Assembly: GCA_036351155.1 (NCBI GenBank)
Contig: JAZBOO010000148.1
Span: forward strand, 1-12,341
Direction of reading: 5' to 3'
From: Candidatus Krumholzibacteriia bacterium
Lineage (GTDB): Bacteria; Krumholzibacteriota; Krumholzibacteriia; LZORAL124-64-63
Length of the DNA stretch: 12,341 bases
This document shows positions 10,349-12,341 of the stretch, in pieces. Position 1 is the first letter of the stretch, and each line of letters begins with the position of its first letter. The notes beneath the pieces were generated by a model, which was not told the DNA's origin, did no database searches, and saw only the letters and a list, made by a program, of their open reading frames with translations. The translations under genes were made by a program, and so were the position numbers.

Positions 10349-10834
10349 ATGACATGGCGGTCTTTGGCCAAGAAAAGCGAATTTCAAGATGTCTACGGGA
10401 AAGGCGCCAAAGCAGTAGGGCGCTTTCTCGTTGTATATCTATTACCCGCTGATGATTTTGCCCAGGCCGTGGTGGCCAGCCGAAAGGTGGGGGGCGCCGT
10501 CCAGAGAAACCGCGCCAAGCGCCTGTTGAGAGAAGCTCTCCAGGAGGCCGGCAAGAGCGGGCGGCTGCCGGCCCGGATGGATTCTGGTGACATCAGCGAC
10601 ACTGTGAGGTACTTTTCCGGCAACAGGGAGAGTCTCCCTGAACAGGTCACTCACGCGGCCCCGGAAGAAAAAAGCGGGCAGTGGGTTGTTCTGGTGGCGA
10701 GACAGCGCATCCTGGAAGTTTCATCTCTGGCTGTCCGCGACGAGCTTGACCGTTTACTTGATCAGGGGACCAGCGAAATACCCCGGTCAACGATTCACGG
10801 GAAACACGGCCACAAGCCAGCCCGCGAATCCTGA
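10349..10834 (+). CDS. rnpA: Ribonuclease P protein component (161 aa, with internal insertion)
   Basis: L.KKSEFQ.VY..G, RNR motif SRKVGGAVQRNRAKRLLRE, and G..VVLVAR. Follows rpmH. ATG 10349 (AAGAAGG upstream) preferred over TTG 10316. Confidence 0.9.
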   Translation: MTWRSLAKKSEFQDVYGKGAKAVGRFLVVYLLPADDFAQAVVASRKVGGAVQRNRAKRLLREALQEAGKSGRLPARMDSGDISDTVRYFSGNRESLPEQVTHAAPEEKSGQWVVLVARQRILEVSSLAVRDELDRLLDQGTSEIPRSTIHGKHGHKPARES

Positions 10835-10932
10835 ACAGCTGTTGAAAACCCTCCGAACCGGTGTTGAACGCCTATGTCGGCCACGGCCGGCCTCCTCATC
10901 TTCCTCCTTAGGCGGGGCACCCTAGGAAACCT

Positions 10933-11217
10933 ATGTGGCGAGTGCCATATTTTCTGATCCAGGTCTACCGACGGGTGTTGTCGCCCCTGTTGCCCAGCAC
11001 CTGTCGATTTTATCCGACCTGTTCCTGTTACGGAGCGGAAGCTTACCGTGTCCACGGCTTCTGGCGTGGCACCTGGTTGACTGTCCGCCGGGTGGCGCGC
11101 TGTCATCCCTGGCACCCCGGTGGTGTGGACCCCGTGCCCACCGGTGCGCCCTCTGTCCGGCAAACGAACCCCGAACTGACACCATCCCCGACCCACGGAG
11201 AATCTGCCCATGGATAG
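10933..11217 (+). CDS. yidD: Membrane protein insertion efficiency factor YidD (94 aa)
   Basis: [26 protein letters not shown]...HG...G.WL...[15 protein letters not shown]. Lies between rnpA and yidC. Confidence 0.95.
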   Translation: MWRVPYFLIQVYRRVLSPLLPSTCRFYPTCSCYGAEAYRVHGFWRGTWLTVRRVARCHPWHPGGVDPVPTGAPSVRQTNPELTPSPTHGESAHG

Positions 11218-12341
11218 GCGAACAGCCCTGGCCTTCGGCCTGATGGCCGTAGTGATCATCGGTTTCTCGATTTTACAGAACACCTTGTTTCCCCCGGAAC
11301 CGGTACCGGAGACCCCTGAAGACCTTTCCCCGGACACGGAAATGGTTCAGGAAGCCCTGGAGCAGCCCGGAACCGCCTTTTCTGAAGATCCCAACGACTT
11401 CCTGACCTCCGACTCCGGGGATATGACCCCCTCCGACGGGTCCACCGAACCCCTCAACGTGGCCGAAGCCCTGGCGGTGGACACCCACGGGAGCGTCCGG
11501 CAGTTCGAGGTGACCACCCCGCTGTACCGCGCCGTGATCAGCAACCGGGGCGGCCGGATCGTCAGTTTCGAGACCCTGGAGCACAAGAGCCACCTCGGAG
11601 GCCCGGTGCAGTTGATTCCCGCCAACATTCCCGCCAACGGTCTGGACGCCCTGGTGTTCAGGATGGGGGAAATGCCCCTGGGTGTGGCCATGTACGCCGT
11701 GGAGGGCGGGATGGACCACCTGGTGGTCGATGACTCCGGGCCCCGCTCCCTGACCTTGACCACCCGCACCGCGGGCGGGCTGGAAGTCAGGAAAACCTAC
11801 ACCTTCAACCCCGACACCTATGGCATTCACCTGAACTATGTTCTGGCCGAGGTGCCGGGCAGCCAGGCGCGGCAAGCGCTGAACTTGCTGGGCAGCCCCG
11901 AGGATTTCCGGTTCACCTGGAATCAGGGCATTGCTCCCACCGAGCGGATCCAGAAAATGGAAGAGCCGGCCATGCGGTCGCTGGCTCACGTGGGTGATGA
12001 GCTCCATGTGAAAAAGAGGAATGGGCTGGCCAAGAGTGAAGAGAAGGTCGTCGGCCAGTTCCGTGGCACCATTCACTACGCAGCCGTGCAGAACAAGTAC
12101 TTCACGGTGTTCGGGATTGTCAGCGATCCTGACGATGCACCCATCGAAGGAACCATTTCCCTGGGTGGCGACCAGGCCACCAACACGCAGTCCTGGGCCA
12201 TGGATATTCCCGCCCTGCGGGGCCTGGGGGGAGAGATCGCCACGGCGGGGATCGACCTGTTCATCGGCCCGGCCTCGGTGGAACTGGTGCAGGAATTCGG
12301 GCACGATGTGACCGGTGGGGTTGACCTGGGCATGCGGATGA
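11210..12341 (+). CDS. yidC: Membrane protein insertase YidC, N-terminal TM and periplasmic domain (truncated by the window edge; absent from the ORF track)
   Basis: ATG 11210 overlaps the yidD end by 8 nt, with GGAG at 11197-11200. [22 protein letters not shown] (TM1), acidic linker, [47 protein letters not shown]. Frame is open to the end of the window. Confidence 0.95.
   Translation, partial: MDRRTALAFGLMAVVIIGFSILQNTLFPPEPVPETPEDLSPDTEMVQEALEQPGTAFSEDPNDFLTSDSGDMTPSDGSTEPLNVAEALAVDTHGSVRQFEVTTPLYRAVISNRGGRIVSFETLEHKSHLGGPVQLIPANIPANGLDALVFRMGEMPLGVAMYAVEGGMDHLVVDDSGPRSLTLTTRTAGGLEVRKTYTFNPDTYGIHLNYVLAEVPGSQARQALNLLGSPEDFRFTWNQGIAPTERIQKMEEPAMRSLAHVGDELHVKKRNGLAKSEEKVVGQFRGTIHYAAVQNKYFTVFGIVSDPDDAPIEGTISLGGDQATNTQSWAMDIPALRGLGGEIATAGIDLFIGPASVELVQEFGHDVTGGVDLGMRM
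11615..11638 (+). repeat. 12-bp exact tandem duplication (ATTCCCGCCAAC x2, encoding IPAN-IPAN) in yidC
   Basis: Units at 11615-11626 and 11627-11638. Confidence 0.85.

Noticed and set aside
9740..10387. ORFs spanning the dnaA-rpmH intergenic region (60, 105 and 136 aa)
   Set aside because: They overlap DnaA boxes, the promoter or rpmH antisense, and have atypical composition.
10874..10957. 27-aa plus-strand [30 protein letters not shown] overlapping the yidD start
   Set aside because: No SD, and yidD already has a complete N-terminus. The hydrophobic run derives from the CT-rich motif.
11273..12304. 343-aa minus-strand ORF
   Set aside because: Antisense shadow of yidC, which the ORF track missed because it has no stop codon in the window.

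Overview
GC-rich bacterial chromosomal replication-origin region. The minus strand carries dnaA-dnaN-recF-dciA(DUF721)-gyrB-gyrA. The plus strand carries the divergent rpmH-rnpA-yidD-yidC, with yidC cut by the right edge. DnaA-box clusters lie on both sides of dnaA, suggesting a bipartite oriC. The dnaA-dnaN spacer has the tandem box / GC spacer / DnaA-trio-like / AT-rich layout of an unwinding element. The main non-core item is at the left edge and is absent from the ORF track: the 5' 86 codons of an integron-type integrase (IntI), 140 bp downstream of gyrA and co-oriented with it. There is no room for a cassette array and no GTTRRRY core upstream of it, which points to an 'inverted', empty or solitary integron next to oriC. 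Other oddities are a non-canonical GyrA quinolone pocket (HPHG-T-A), an RnpA with a ~35-aa insertion, and recurrent variant DnaA boxes (TTATCCCCA). The short GyrB (no ~170-aa insert) and the YidC with a large periplasmic domain suggest a diderm outside the E. coli-like Proteobacteria; this is inference and I cannot assign a taxon.
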